NCBI GenBank assembly: GCA_045106415.1
Contig: JBGCEP010000004.1
Location: 38,546 to 102,545 of the forward strand
Length of the DNA stretch: 64,000 nucleotides
Reading direction: 5' to 3'
Source of the DNA: Oligoflexales bacterium
GTDB lineage: Bacteria > Bdellovibrionota_B > Oligoflexia > Oligoflexales > Bog-1112
How positions within the stretch are numbered: position 1 is the stretch's first letter; every line of letters begins with the position of its first letter. The notes beneath the pieces are model-generated. The model did not search any database. It was not told the DNA's origin and was given only the letters and a program-made list of their open reading frames with translations. Shown here in pieces: positions 1 to 9,697 of the stretch. The position numbers and the translations under genes are program-made.

Positions 1-157
1 AAATATCCGACGGGCACAAAGGCCCACTATTCCAACTCAAGTGTCTGATGAGTGGCAAGGAAACCCCTTTTTAAGAGTTACTCTACCGTCAAAGCATTGT
101 ACTGACGATGCTGTGAAAAATTTCACGCTTTTGCGTGAAAGAAAAGATGTATTTTAG
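1..157 (+). CDS. gloB: hydroxyacylglutathione hydrolase (glyoxalase II), C-terminal fragment; 5' end lies outside the window
   Basis: Frame 2 reads NIRRAQRPTIPTQVSDEWQGNPFLRVTLPSKH...NFTLLRERKDVF and stops at TAG 155-157. The P-T-x-P..E...NPFLR block and the F..LR..KD.F tail match the conserved GloB C-terminus. Not in the ORF track because it has no start in the window. Confidence 0.7.
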   Translation, partial: NIRRAQRPTIPTQVSDEWQGNPFLRVTLPSKHCTDDAVKNFTLLRERKDVF

Positions 158-178
158 GTCGATGGTAAATAAACTAAG

Positions 179-2398
179 TCAGTTGCCTGAACTTATCTTC
201 AAAGCACAAGAGTTAAGTTCTGCAATGATTTTTTTTGATGTAATTGGTTTTGTGACAAACCGATTCATGCCAGCAATAAAACATCTTTCTTTATCTTCAG
301 GTAAGGCGTTTGCCGTCATTGCAATAATAATTGCATTTTTTGATGCATGATTTTCAGAGTTTCTAATCTGTGTGGTGGCATCAACACCATCCAAATTTGG
401 CATCTGCATATCCATTAAAATCACATCGAATTTTTGATTTCTTGATTTTGTTACTGCTTCAACTCCATCATGAGCGAATACAAAAGAAAGTTTAAATTTT
501 TCTAAAAAAGCACCTAAAATATCCCGATTTGTACTGTTGTCTTCAGCGACAAGTATTTGTAGTTTTTGGGCTTCTGAGGTTAGTTTATGAGTATCGTTAT
601 TTTCTAAAATATGATTTTTTGTGAGACTCATTTCGATAGCAAAAGAAAAAGTAGTCCCTTCATTCTGTATAGAGTGGACATGTATTTCTGATCCCATAAG
701 TTCAATAATGCGTTTGCAAATTGTTAAACCTAACCCTGTTCCACCATATCTACGAGTTGTAGAAGAGTCTTCTTGTTCAAAAGGCTGGAAAAGTTTGTTG
801 AGGCGATGAGGGGAAATACCTATTCCTGTATCTTGCACAGAAAATTTTATTGTATGGTGTGATTCTGTTTTCTTAATTGTTTCAACAGTTGTAAGGATAT
901 GACCTTCGTGCGTAAATTTCACAGAATTTCCGATAAGGTTTAATAAAATCTGGCTTAATCGCGTGGGATCACATAAAAGAAGAGGACTATCAAAATTTTT
1001 GAACTCAGTTCTTATTGCTACAGATTTTTTTTGACCTATAGAAATGAATATGAGCGCTACTTCTTGTGTAATTTTTTGAATATCAGATGGAAGACTTTCT
1101 AAAGAAAGTTTTTTTTCTTCGATTTTTGAAAAATCTAGAATATCACTAATAATAGAAAGTAAAAGTTTGCTGCTTTTTTCTATAACACGTAGCTTCTCTT
1201 TGGGGTAATTTGATGCTTCGTCGTTTATCATGAAATCAGCAGACCCAATTATACCATTGAGGGGAGTGCGGATTTCATGGCTCATATTTGCTATGAATTC
1301 TGAGCGGGCTATTAAAGCTTGTTCTGCACGGTTTTTTTCTTTCTCTAAATCAGCAGTCCTGATTTTTACTTTTTCTTCAAGATGACTGTTTGCTTTTATA
1401 TTTTCAGTGTTTTTTTCGTCAAATGCAATAGCAATAATTTCAAAATCATCATTGGAACCTATTGGGTAACAGCTGATATTGCCCTCTTTAAGGTGCGTGT
1501 TTTGAATTCTATCAACTAAAACTTCAATAGGTCCGCTAATAAGAAATCCTATTTTTTTTGCTAAATAAATAGATGTAAAAGTAGAAAATAAGATAGATAA
1601 TAAAATTAGGACTATAGATGTAATTAATATTTGATAATAAGGGTTTTTTTCGTTGAAAACATTTATTTTTATATTTGGGCTTTTAATGATAGAGGTGTTT
1701 TTTGTGAAGTGAGAACTTCCTGCTTTATATAAGTTATTGATGTCTCTATCTGATGAGAATATTTTGATGTGATTATAATATAGTTCGAAGTATTCTTCTT
1801 TTTCATGCAATTTTTTTAGCGATAAATTTAAGTCGAAATAAGCTGCGAGAAAACCTTGTTTTTTACCATAGTATTGAATTGGAGCAACAAGGAACATAGA
1901 GTTTTTAGATAAAATTTTAAAAACTTTATGTTGTGAAGATTTTAAGACTATTTTGTCTTTAAATTCTTCTAAATAATTCTCTCCTGTGTAAGCAAGAAGA
2001 GATCCGTGATTATCAAAAATAGATAATCCTAATAAATCAGGTCTTTTTTTATCTTGAATAAAGCTATCAAAGCTTTGAAAATTGTATTCTAACAAGGAAG
2101 TAATAATCCTTGGTTCAGAGGCTAGGTTTTTTATTTGATTTGCAAGAATATCAAAAGTGATATCTATTTGTTGTGTTTTATGGTTTACGGCTATTCTGTC
2201 ACTTTTTTTAATTTCATTTTGTAATGTATATAAATAAACAGATGAACTTAGAATAAATGATGTTGCCATCACCGAAATGAGTGAAAGAAAAACATAACGG
2301 TTTATTCTTTTGGAAAAACGACCTTTGTAAGAATTTACATTGTTATTTCCCAACAATATCTCCATTTTTACTAAACTTTGCAAAATTAATATCTTCAC
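179..2398 (-). CDS. hybrid sensor histidine kinase with C-terminal receiver domain
   Basis: Two TM segments flank a ~200 aa extracytoplasmic region. H-box SHEIRTPLNGIIG; HATPase G-boxes DTGIGI and GGTGLGLTICKRIIELMG; receiver ILVAEDNSTNRDIL...DVILMDMQMPNLDG...KP. The start is uncertain (M1 at 2398 or M12 at 2365); either overlaps the upstream gene's stop at 2343. Confidence 0.9.
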   Translation of the reverse strand: MKILILQSLVKMEILLGNNNVNSYKGRFSKRINRYVFLSLISVMATSFILSSSVYLYTLQNEIKKSDRIAVNHKTQQIDITFDILANQIKNLASEPRIITSLLEYNFQSFDSFIQDKKRPDLLGLSIFDNHGSLLAYTGENYLEEFKDKIVLKSSQHKVFKILSKNSMFLVAPIQYYGKKQGFLAAYFDLNLSLKKLHEKEEYFELYYNHIKIFSSDRDINNLYKAGSSHFTKNTSIIKSPNIKINVFNEKNPYYQILITSIVLILLSILFSTFTSIYLAKKIGFLISGPIEVLVDRIQNTHLKEGNISCYPIGSNDDFEIIAIAFDEKNTENIKANSHLEEKVKIRTADLEKEKNRAEQALIARSEFIANMSHEIRTPLNGIIGSADFMINDEASNYPKEKLRVIEKSSKLLLSIISDILDFSKIEEKKLSLESLPSDIQKITQEVALIFISIGQKKSVAIRTEFKNFDSPLLLCDPTRLSQILLNLIGNSVKFTHEGHILTTVETIKKTESHHTIKFSVQDTGIGISPHRLNKLFQPFEQEDSSTTRRYGGTGLGLTICKRIIELMGSEIHVHSIQNEGTTFSFAIEMSLTKNHILENNDTHKLTSEAQKLQILVAEDNSTNRDILGAFLEKFKLSFVFAHDGVEAVTKSRNQKFDVILMDMQMPNLDGVDATTQIRNSENHASKNAIIIAMTANALPEDKERCFIAGMNRFVTKPITSKKIIAELNSCALKISSGN

Positions 2399-4421
2399 TA
2401 CTTAAAGCATCTTGTTTTTCGATATTAAAAAAAGGTTTGTGATATAAACGAAAGAGACCGTCGTATGTTTGCATAGATCGAAGATGTTTTTTTATTGAAT
2501 TTCTTTCATAAGATAATCCTTTTTGAATAGCAAAAGAAAGCATTTTGATAAGCTCATAAGTATGAATAGTTGCGAAAGGAGCAGGTGTGACACGGTTCTG
2601 AGTTGAGAAGTGTCGTGTGTATTTTTTGAAGAAATCATAAGCTTTGGTGTTATGTTTTTTGTTGTCTGGCTTAATATATGTTTGAAGAAAGACAAGAGGA
2701 ACATTTTTAAGTTCTTTTTGAACTTGTGTCCAAAATCTACCACCTAAAATACCCCAATGAGAAACGATAGGTATTGGTTTTTTAAGCTGAGTAATTTTTT
2801 TGATGAGATGAACTCCCTCAGGGGAATTCCCAATATAAATAATGACATCGGATGATGAGTTCTCTAAATATTGAATGATTTGAGAGAAAGATGATTCGCC
2901 CCACTTAAACCAGTAGGGTTTAATGAGATTTATATTCTTAGATTTTGCTTCTTTTGATATAGCTGAAAAATTACCTCGACCCCACGGGGTATCTTCTAAG
3001 ATTAAAGAAATATTTTCTCCGTGCTGAGTGGCCTCTTTTAATAGAGCTTTTCCTGCATATTCATCACGCACTGAAAATCGAAAGTGATATGGATTTTTTT
3101 TAGAGATGATATTTGAGGCAGCAGCCCAAGGAATTAGATAAGGAATTTTATTTTCTTGGACGAATTTTGCTTCTTTTAAAATGACAGGGCTGTGCATTCC
3201 TCCTAAAAGAGAAACAACGAGAGGGTCTTTTGACAGTTCTTTTATATTATGAATTCCATTAGCTGGAAACCCTCCGTGATCTCTAATGTCGAGAACTAAT
3301 TTTTTTTTCAAAAAATCATCACCATGATTGATTTCACTAACAGCAAGTTCGGCTCCTCTTATAATAGCTAGAGCAGAGTCTTTTGCTTCTAGTGAGAAAC
3401 TTATATTGACACCTATCGCAATATTATTTTCTAAAGATTTAATGATATCTGGATTAATTAAATCTTTAAAAGAATTTAAAAGATGTCTGTAGCGAAAATA
3501 AAGTCCAGACATTTTTTTAAAAATTGAAGCTTTAAATGTTTGATCCATGATTGAAATATGAATGTTTTTTTCTTTCATTTTCTTAATAATAAGACGTTCG
3601 TTATCTAAAGAATCTTTTCTTTGAAAATCTTTAGATCGCAGAAGTGATTTTTCAATAATATTTTTGATGTTCTTGGGAATGTCTTTAAAAAAAACATCAC
3701 TCATAAGTGATATATATGCAATGTATCCGTGATTAGATAGAGATATGTGTTTGTGAGTTTCATATAGCTTCATAGCACTGAATGAGGACAATGAATTTTC
3801 TTGAATATCAAATTCATTACTTTTAAATGAACTGTGAAGAGAGTGAAAATCAATGAATTTTGGGAAAGCGTGAAGATGGATAACTTGTGATTTTAAAATA
3901 TGACTTTGCATGACACGGAATATTTTTCCGCTAAAATCATTAATACCATGTAGACGGGATTTAGAAATCATCTGCTTAAATCCTGATTCCCAATAAGAGA
4001 CAGGAGATAAGCCATGTTTTAAAAGTTTTTGCGATATTTTTTTACCAAAAGGGCCATCGAGTGCTGTGTGTATTTTTTTTCTGTTATTAAATAAGTAAGG
4101 TATATCTAATATTCTGATCTGAGGGGCAAGAGAGGTTATTTTTGATGTTGGTGTAATAGAAATAGAGAGCTTTCCGTCTTGAACCATTTTTATCATCTGA
4201 ACATCTGTACCTAATTCTTGATTAGGGTGAATTTTAACATGAATTTTATTATGAGAATCTCTTTCGACTATTTCTTTGAAGTAAGTAGCTCCTCGATGTA
4301 TTGAGCTATTTACAGGCATATTGTGTCCAAGGCTTATTTGATAAACTTTATCGTTTAATGAAATTTTGTAGACAGTAGCACAAAGAACGAAAAAGCATAA
4401 ATAAAATGGAATTTTATTCAT
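2343..4421 (-). CDS. periplasmic protein fusing a TRAP DctP-type and a LivK/Peripla_BP_6-type solute-binding domain
   Basis: N-terminal signal/anchor MNKIPFYLCFFVLCATVY. First half resembles DctP (LGHNMPVNSSIHRGATYFKEIVE...IHPNQELGTDVQMIKMVQDGKLSISI...LDIPYLFNN). Second half resembles LivK (IAIGVNISFSLEAKDSALAIIRGAELAVSEINHG...LLGGMHSPV...YHFRFSVRDEYAGKAL...PWGRGN). No TRAP or ABC membrane genes are adjacent. Confidence 0.75.
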   Translation of the reverse strand: MNKIPFYLCFFVLCATVYKISLNDKVYQISLGHNMPVNSSIHRGATYFKEIVERDSHNKIHVKIHPNQELGTDVQMIKMVQDGKLSISITPTSKITSLAPQIRILDIPYLFNNRKKIHTALDGPFGKKISQKLLKHGLSPVSYWESGFKQMISKSRLHGINDFSGKIFRVMQSHILKSQVIHLHAFPKFIDFHSLHSSFKSNEFDIQENSLSSFSAMKLYETHKHISLSNHGYIAYISLMSDVFFKDIPKNIKNIIEKSLLRSKDFQRKDSLDNERLIIKKMKEKNIHISIMDQTFKASIFKKMSGLYFRYRHLLNSFKDLINPDIIKSLENNIAIGVNISFSLEAKDSALAIIRGAELAVSEINHGDDFLKKKLVLDIRDHGGFPANGIHNIKELSKDPLVVSLLGGMHSPVILKEAKFVQENKIPYLIPWAAASNIISKKNPYHFRFSVRDEYAGKALLKEATQHGENISLILEDTPWGRGNFSAISKEAKSKNINLIKPYWFKWGESSFSQIIQYLENSSSDVIIYIGNSPEGVHLIKKITQLKKPIPIVSHWGILGGRFWTQVQKELKNVPLVFLQTYIKPDNKKHNTKAYDFFKKYTRHFSTQNRVTPAPFATIHTYELIKMLSFAIQKGLSYERNSIKKHLRSMQTYDGLFRLYHKPFFNIEKQDALSSEDINFAKFSKNGDIVGK

Positions 4422-4706
4422 AAGGCCACCTAGTATAAAAAGATCTAGTTACAGATAAGGTATCTTTCGGTTTTATTTTGGATAAAATTTACCATTCTAA
4501 TAATGGTCTTGCGATTAAAAATTGGTTTTCAAATCATTTTATTTATAGAGGTAAGTCAAAGATGTTGGGGTTATTGATTTTTATCATGTTGTTTTTTTAA
4601 AAGATTTAATAATTTTTTTGTATTTTTTAAATAAGATTCCCCCTTCAATTTTTCTTTCTGTCTTACGTGTTAGCGCTATTGCTCCGATAAGCTAAATAAA
4701 GTATTC

Positions 4707-6671
4707 GTGATAGGTTGTTCAGTGGTACCACAGGTGCATTTTTCGCAGTCTTTAACATTTAAGCTGTTTCTATTAATGGCTTGTACCTTACTTGGTACTG
4801 TTGCTGTTATTACTTATAGAAATGCTGTTGAATTTCAGAATATTTTATGGGGGCAGCTCAGTGATAAAGCACAAACAGATAGTGAAACAGCTCTTAATTC
4901 GATTTCAAGCCAAGTCGATTTTTGGAAAGGTCATGTTCAGCAAATAGTAAAAGAAGCTGTTCAAACACGAAGATATTCAGCCCCAGCGGCAAAAGCTTTG
5001 ATTAAAGCTTCTTCAGATATTGTATCTTTTCATCTTTTAGAAGAGAAAAATAAAAATGTAAAAACCTTCACTTTTTTATTCACAGACAATAAAAATCAGA
5101 ATCAGTTTGAAGATAAAGACCCAGATAAAATTGAAAAAATTATACGTTATGACAACCAACTGTGGGTAAGAAAATCCTCAAAGGCTAAAAAATTAAAACA
5201 AATTTATTTAGTCAATGCTTCAACACGTCCTAAGCTTGGACTATTGAGGATAGCTGTTCCCGCAGTTGTGGGGAAGAAGAGAGTATGGGGAATTCTCACG
5301 GTCTGGCAAAGACCTTTGGCGTCGAGTTTACCAGTAAGTAAACAAACGGAAGCATATGTGATTAATAAGCGCGGAAGGCTGCTCGTCTCACAAGGAAGAA
5401 ATATATTAAAACCGAAATCACTCCTAAAAGATGGTGTGACTCGTCTTGCTTTAAAAAGTTCTTCAAATGCAGGAATTTTCCGTGAAAAAAGAAAAGGCAG
5501 TAACATTTTAGCAGCCTATGCACGAGACGATGCACTTGGTTTTTCCGTTATCTTGAAAAGAGACCCTTCTTCAGGTATTGAGCAAATTAATCGAGAGCTT
5601 ATGAGAACTTTACTTATGACTTCATTTGCTTTTTTAATCGCTATTTTTATAACATGGGTTTTTGCAGACCAGCTCACAAGAAATTTGAGAATTTTAGTCG
5701 ATTTAACCCAATTAATTGCATCAGGAAATTTTCAAGCGAGAGTGCCAGCAACCTCGAAGGATGAGGTTGCTGTGTTAGGAAACTCTATTAATAATATGTC
5801 GTCACGGATTGAAGAGCTTATGTCGGCTCAAATGGAGGCTGTGAGACAAGAAAAAGAGTTAGAAACAGCAAAAATGGTGCAAGAAACACTTTTCCCTAAA
5901 GAGAATATTAATCACGTATCTATTCGATTGACGGGTTGCTATGAACCAGCATCTGAATGTGGTGGTGATTGGTGGGGGCATTTTCAAACACAGAGCGGAT
6001 TGCAGTTTTTTTGTGTAGCAGATGCGACGGGTCACGGGGTTGCTGCTGCTATTGTCACTGCATTAGCATTTTCATCTTGTATGACATTTGCTGAAGCTTG
6101 GTCTGAACAATATGCTGAAGATCCCGCTAAAATGCTGGAAAAAATGAATGAAGTTATGTGGAGTGCGGGACGAGGAGTCACGACAATGACTTTTTTTGCT
6201 GCTTTTCTTAATCCTGAAACAAAAACACTAACTTTTGCAAACGCTGGACATAACCATCCTTTTTTAATGCCTAAGTATGATACAGACCCTCGTTTGAATT
6301 CGAATAAAAAAGTAAAACCAAGAAGTTTAGTTTTACAAGCTAGAGGTATCCCTTTAGGTTTAGGTCCTAATGCATCATATAAAAACAAAGCTATTGAATG
6401 TGTGAATGATGACAAGATTTTTCTTTATACAGATGGTCTTATTGAATGTACAAACCACCAAGGTGAAATGTATGGCAAAAGAAAAATGATGAAAAAAGTA
6501 GAGTCTCTTGTGGATCAGGACATTGATACAATTCGAGAGATAGCTCTAGAAGACGCAATGAACTTCTTTGAAGGCTACCCACAGGATGACGATATTACAG
6601 TTGTCGTTGCAGATATTATGCCAACAACGCCACTGAAAAAAGTGCAAATCGAAGGTGAGATGGATTCATGA
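4707..6671 (+). CDS. membrane-bound HAMP domain / PP2C (SpoIIE, RsbU-like) serine phosphatase
   Basis: TM1 FKLFLLMACTLLGTVAVITY, a ~260 aa extracytoplasmic region, TM2 LLMTSFAFLIAIFITWVFA, then a HAMP segment (LTRNLRILVDLTQLIASGNF...DEVAVLGNSINNMSSRIEEL). PP2C motifs GGDWWGHF, VADATGHGVAAA, YTDGLIEC, DDDITVVVADI. GTG start at 4707; in-frame GTG at 4722 or 4734 are also possible. Confidence 0.85.
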   Translation: MIGCSVVPQVHFSQSLTFKLFLLMACTLLGTVAVITYRNAVEFQNILWGQLSDKAQTDSETALNSISSQVDFWKGHVQQIVKEAVQTRRYSAPAAKALIKASSDIVSFHLLEEKNKNVKTFTFLFTDNKNQNQFEDKDPDKIEKIIRYDNQLWVRKSSKAKKLKQIYLVNASTRPKLGLLRIAVPAVVGKKRVWGILTVWQRPLASSLPVSKQTEAYVINKRGRLLVSQGRNILKPKSLLKDGVTRLALKSSSNAGIFREKRKGSNILAAYARDDALGFSVILKRDPSSGIEQINRELMRTLLMTSFAFLIAIFITWVFADQLTRNLRILVDLTQLIASGNFQARVPATSKDEVAVLGNSINNMSSRIEELMSAQMEAVRQEKELETAKMVQETLFPKENINHVSIRLTGCYEPASECGGDWWGHFQTQSGLQFFCVADATGHGVAAAIVTALAFSSCMTFAEAWSEQYAEDPAKMLEKMNEVMWSAGRGVTTMTFFAAFLNPETKTLTFANAGHNHPFLMPKYDTDPRLNSNKKVKPRSLVLQARGIPLGLGPNASYKNKAIECVNDDKIFLYTDGLIECTNHQGEMYGKRKMMKKVESLVDQDIDTIREIALEDAMNFFEGYPQDDDITVVVADIMPTTPLKKVQIEGEMDS

Positions 6672-8176
6672 TAATAAAGTACTTCCTGCTTGTTTTATGG
6701 CTTGCTTTGATTGGTGTCAATATTTTGGCGTGGCAAAAAGTAGACTGGTTTTTTGATCGTCATAAAGAACATAAGGCAATTTTAATGAAAGTGGATGGTC
6801 AAGTGAAATCCCGACCAAAAGATCTGACGATATGGAGAACTGCAGGAAAAGGTAGAAAGTTTTATGGAGAAGAAATCTTAGCGACTGAGAAAGATTCAAC
6901 CGCTGTATTAGTGTTTCAAGGTGGAAGATCTATTGAGCTCGGCTCCAATAGCCAGCTGGCTATTGGGCAAAGTGAAGCTTCACCTTCTTCATCAGATACA
7001 GCTATGACCATTACTCTTCTTAAAGGAAATGCAAAAGTTGAAAATAAACCGACAAAAGACAGTGAAAATAAACCCCTTGAAGTTCAATCTGGGGATGTAG
7101 CGATTGAGCTTGATCAAAAAAATAGCTCAGTTATTCAATTGTCTAAAAGTGTGAAAAAAGAAACAGCAGATGTTTTTGTTGCTTCAGGATCTGCAAATCT
7201 TATTAATGTTACAACAGGTGAAGTCTCTAAAATTAATAAAAAAACACACTCAAAACCAATAGAGCCAGAAATTGAAGAGCCCTCTGCTATAATCTCGTCA
7301 CTGCCTAAAGTCTCAATCATATGGCCTCAAAACAGAATGTCGTTGTGGACGACTCGACCATTGAACGGCCAGAAGGGTTTTCTGCCTGTGAGAGTTGCGC
7401 TGCAAGGAGGAGGACCTTCTCAAGAGTGGGAAGCTTTTGTTTTGTTAGGACGTCAATCTTATCCGGTTCAAAATGGCCAAGCCAAAATTCCAGTGAATTT
7501 TTTAAAAAATGCAAATACAACAACCTTAGGTTATCGTATTCAACTGCAGGTTGGTGCGCGGTTCCGCAAACCTTTATATCAAACTCAATCAGGACGGAAA
7601 GAAAAAATAGAGAGAAATATTGTTTCATTTGAAATTCGATCTCTTTTAGCGTTGCCTCCTAAAGTTCGCATATCACTGCCTCGTATTCAGCAGACACCCA
7701 TTATGGAATCAGGATGGTTTTTACAAAAAGGAAAAAAATCACATAATCTGATTGTGAATATTTACTCCCATCAGGATATAGTTAAAATGGCACCTGTTTT
7801 AAATGCAGCAAAATATTTTCATATTGTTTCTACTCCTCCAGAGCCAAATGGAAAAGAGATGTATCTGAGTCGAGGAGGACAAATTATTGCTTCAGCTCAA
7901 GGCGTCAAAAACACACAGGACTTAAGGACACTTAAATCAGTATTAAATGCTGACGTTGTTTTTTATGGCCCTGCATCAGCTCTCCATCCTTTAACGTTTG
8001 ATCAAAAAGGTTTGCAGATATTGAGGTCGAGAGAGCAAGTGTATGTTTCTTCTCAAGGAAGAATGAGCCCTGTCAAGACAGAGGTGCTTCTGGAGGATGC
8101 GGCTGCTAGAAATTTCGTTCTACAATCCGCAGACGGTGTGTTCCTTCAGCCTGTACAAGTTTTGGAGGTTCGTTAA
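6668..8176 (+). CDS. FecR-domain membrane-anchored protein
   Basis: ATGA overlap with the upstream stop (6668-6671). N-terminal TM YFLLVLWLALIGVNILAW, then a FecR-like segment (VDGQVKSRPKDLTIWRTAGKGRKFYGEEILATEKDSTAVLVFQGGRSIELGSNSQLAI...ITLLKGNAKV). The C-terminal ~300 aa has no domain I recognise. Confidence 0.6.
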   Translation: MIIKYFLLVLWLALIGVNILAWQKVDWFFDRHKEHKAILMKVDGQVKSRPKDLTIWRTAGKGRKFYGEEILATEKDSTAVLVFQGGRSIELGSNSQLAIGQSEASPSSSDTAMTITLLKGNAKVENKPTKDSENKPLEVQSGDVAIELDQKNSSVIQLSKSVKKETADVFVASGSANLINVTTGEVSKINKKTHSKPIEPEIEEPSAIISSLPKVSIIWPQNRMSLWTTRPLNGQKGFLPVRVALQGGGPSQEWEAFVLLGRQSYPVQNGQAKIPVNFLKNANTTTLGYRIQLQVGARFRKPLYQTQSGRKEKIERNIVSFEIRSLLALPPKVRISLPRIQQTPIMESGWFLQKGKKSHNLIVNIYSHQDIVKMAPVLNAAKYFHIVSTPPEPNGKEMYLSRGGQIIASAQGVKNTQDLRTLKSVLNADVVFYGPASALHPLTFDQKGLQILRSREQVYVSSQGRMSPVKTEVLLEDAAARNFVLQSADGVFLQPVQVLEVR

Positions 8177-8177
8177 T

Positions 8178-9695
8178 TTGAAATTTTTAAGGTTTGCTGT
8201 TTTTTTACTTTGGAGCATATCTGCTTATGGCGAGCATGTCGCGATACAGTGGCGATGGAGCGATCCTTCTGATACCCCAAAAAAAGTAGAAGACAAAAGT
8301 GAATTTAAAAATCAATGGAAAGATACTTGCGCGACTCTTGGTAATTTTTTGAGACCAGGACAAGGACCTTATGGTTGGGGGATTTTTTCTTCTTATACTT
8401 GCTTTATCAATAAAAAATATCAAAATGGAAAAAAGAAATTTAAAACACCTTGGCTTTTAGAGTTCTTACAAAGTTCCGATGAAATTGTGATTTCGCTTTA
8501 TTATCAAGGTCAAAGTTCTTCTTTTTTACCACTTAATAATAAAAAACCGCTCTCTGTTGTTCGTCTAGAAAATTTTGATGGGATTGTTTCGATTTTAGGA
8601 TCAAAAAAGTTAATACCTCTTCTTTTGGCAAATCTATGGGATCAGGCTCCTTTTGTTCGTAAAATTAAAGCAAGAAAAAGAAAGTATGAAAAAATATCAG
8701 GACCAAAGCCACCTCGTGTGGATCCTTTTCCTTTACCACCTGTGCCTGAAAAAATAACTTTATATAGAATGAAAAAAAAGAAAGAAAAAGATGTTTATTG
8801 GGTAGGAACCCCTATTGCAGAAGGAGTATCTGATGCTTCCAATGTGACTTATTTACACTCTGGGGTTTATGTAGGGCAACCCACTTGGGAGTTTGCTGAG
8901 CCGGTTGAAGCTTTAGAGGATTTATGGGTGCACAATTCTTTTGGAGCACTTTCAATGCAAAAAGAGTTGAATAAACGTTTAAAAGACGCCATAAATTTAA
9001 TTCAAGATATCGGTCTTTTAGGGGCGATAGCAGATGCTTTGTCCATGAGCGTATCAAGTGGGTATTTTGGTTTTCGTTATGGACAATCTATGGTGACGCA
9101 ACAGTTCTTTGAAAACAATATGTCTATTATGAGTTTGTTGCTTGAAGTCAGGGCGGGTCCATTACAAGGTCTAAGATTTTATGCTGATTCTTGGCCAAGC
9201 TTTTCCCTTCCTACTGGTGTTGAATTTGGAGGAAATCGGCAAGTTCTTGGGTGGGCTTTTGGTACAGATGTCGGTCCTTTTTATATGGATTTAACTCCCA
9301 CTTTTGGACGCTGGAGTGTACACATGGCAATACCTGTAGATGAATCTGTCTTACCTTTTGATCTTAAACAAGCACTAAGTGTAGGGATAGAAATGGGAAC
9401 CGAATTGCAATTTGAGGATCATTTGTATCGCTTTGGTTATAGCAAGGCCTATTCAATTCCACAGAGCAATCAGAAAACAGAGGTTTCTACGGCAAGATAT
9501 GCTTTTGATTCGTTTCATAAAATTGGCCTTTTTGATCATGTTGAATCTTCTCTACTTTTATTTTTAATCGTGGAGTTTGCCTCTTTTAAAGATTCAACAG
9601 AGCAAGACCCTGACTCGTTTGATATTACAGAGCGAATTGAAGACATAAGTTTTCCTTTTGCGTTTTCAGGCATAGGAGTTACATTTTCATGGTAG
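8178..9695 (+). CDS. hypothetical secreted protein, possible outer-membrane beta-barrel
   Basis: The ORF track starts at 8097, inside the previous gene. An in-frame TTG at 8178, 2 nt after the TAA at 8174-8176, gives a clean signal peptide MKFLRFAVFLLWSISAYG. The C-terminus ...FAFSGIGVTFSW ends in an aromatic residue, as OMP sorting signals do. No family recognised. Confidence 0.55.
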   Translation: MKFLRFAVFLLWSISAYGEHVAIQWRWSDPSDTPKKVEDKSEFKNQWKDTCATLGNFLRPGQGPYGWGIFSSYTCFINKKYQNGKKKFKTPWLLEFLQSSDEIVISLYYQGQSSSFLPLNNKKPLSVVRLENFDGIVSILGSKKLIPLLLANLWDQAPFVRKIKARKRKYEKISGPKPPRVDPFPLPPVPEKITLYRMKKKKEKDVYWVGTPIAEGVSDASNVTYLHSGVYVGQPTWEFAEPVEALEDLWVHNSFGALSMQKELNKRLKDAINLIQDIGLLGAIADALSMSVSSGYFGFRYGQSMVTQQFFENNMSIMSLLLEVRAGPLQGLRFYADSWPSFSLPTGVEFGGNRQVLGWAFGTDVGPFYMDLTPTFGRWSVHMAIPVDESVLPFDLKQALSVGIEMGTELQFEDHLYRFGYSKAYSIPQSNQKTEVSTARYAFDSFHKIGLFDHVESSLLLFLIVEFASFKDSTEQDPDSFDITERIEDISFPFAFSGIGVTFSW

Positions 9696-9697
9696 CG

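Noticed and set aside
135-350. 71 aa plus-strand ORF at the left edge
   Set aside because: It overlaps the gloB tail in another frame and is antisense to the receiver domain of the hybrid kinase, which has clear motifs. It is spurious.
4664-4690. TCCGATAA (7/8 match to the sigma-28 -10 element) upstream of the PP2C gene
   Set aside because: The corresponding -35 position (TACGTGTT) matches only 4/8. The element ends just 17 nt before the GTG at 4707, leaving no room for an SD. It is not convincing without a later start codon.
7317-7632. Mirror-image 103 aa ORFs on both strands (7317-7628 minus, 7321-7632 plus) inside the FecR-domain gene
   Set aside because: Both lie within the longer 502 aa ORF, which has a TM segment and a FecR-like segment. 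One is out of frame and the other is antisense. There is no independent start context, so they are treated as chance open frames.
8097-8177. Annotated ATG start at 8097 for the OM-barrel-like gene, giving an 80-nt overlap with the FecR-domain gene
   Set aside because: The in-frame TTG at 8178 gives a canonical signal peptide immediately after the upstream stop. The extra 27 residues are probably not translated.
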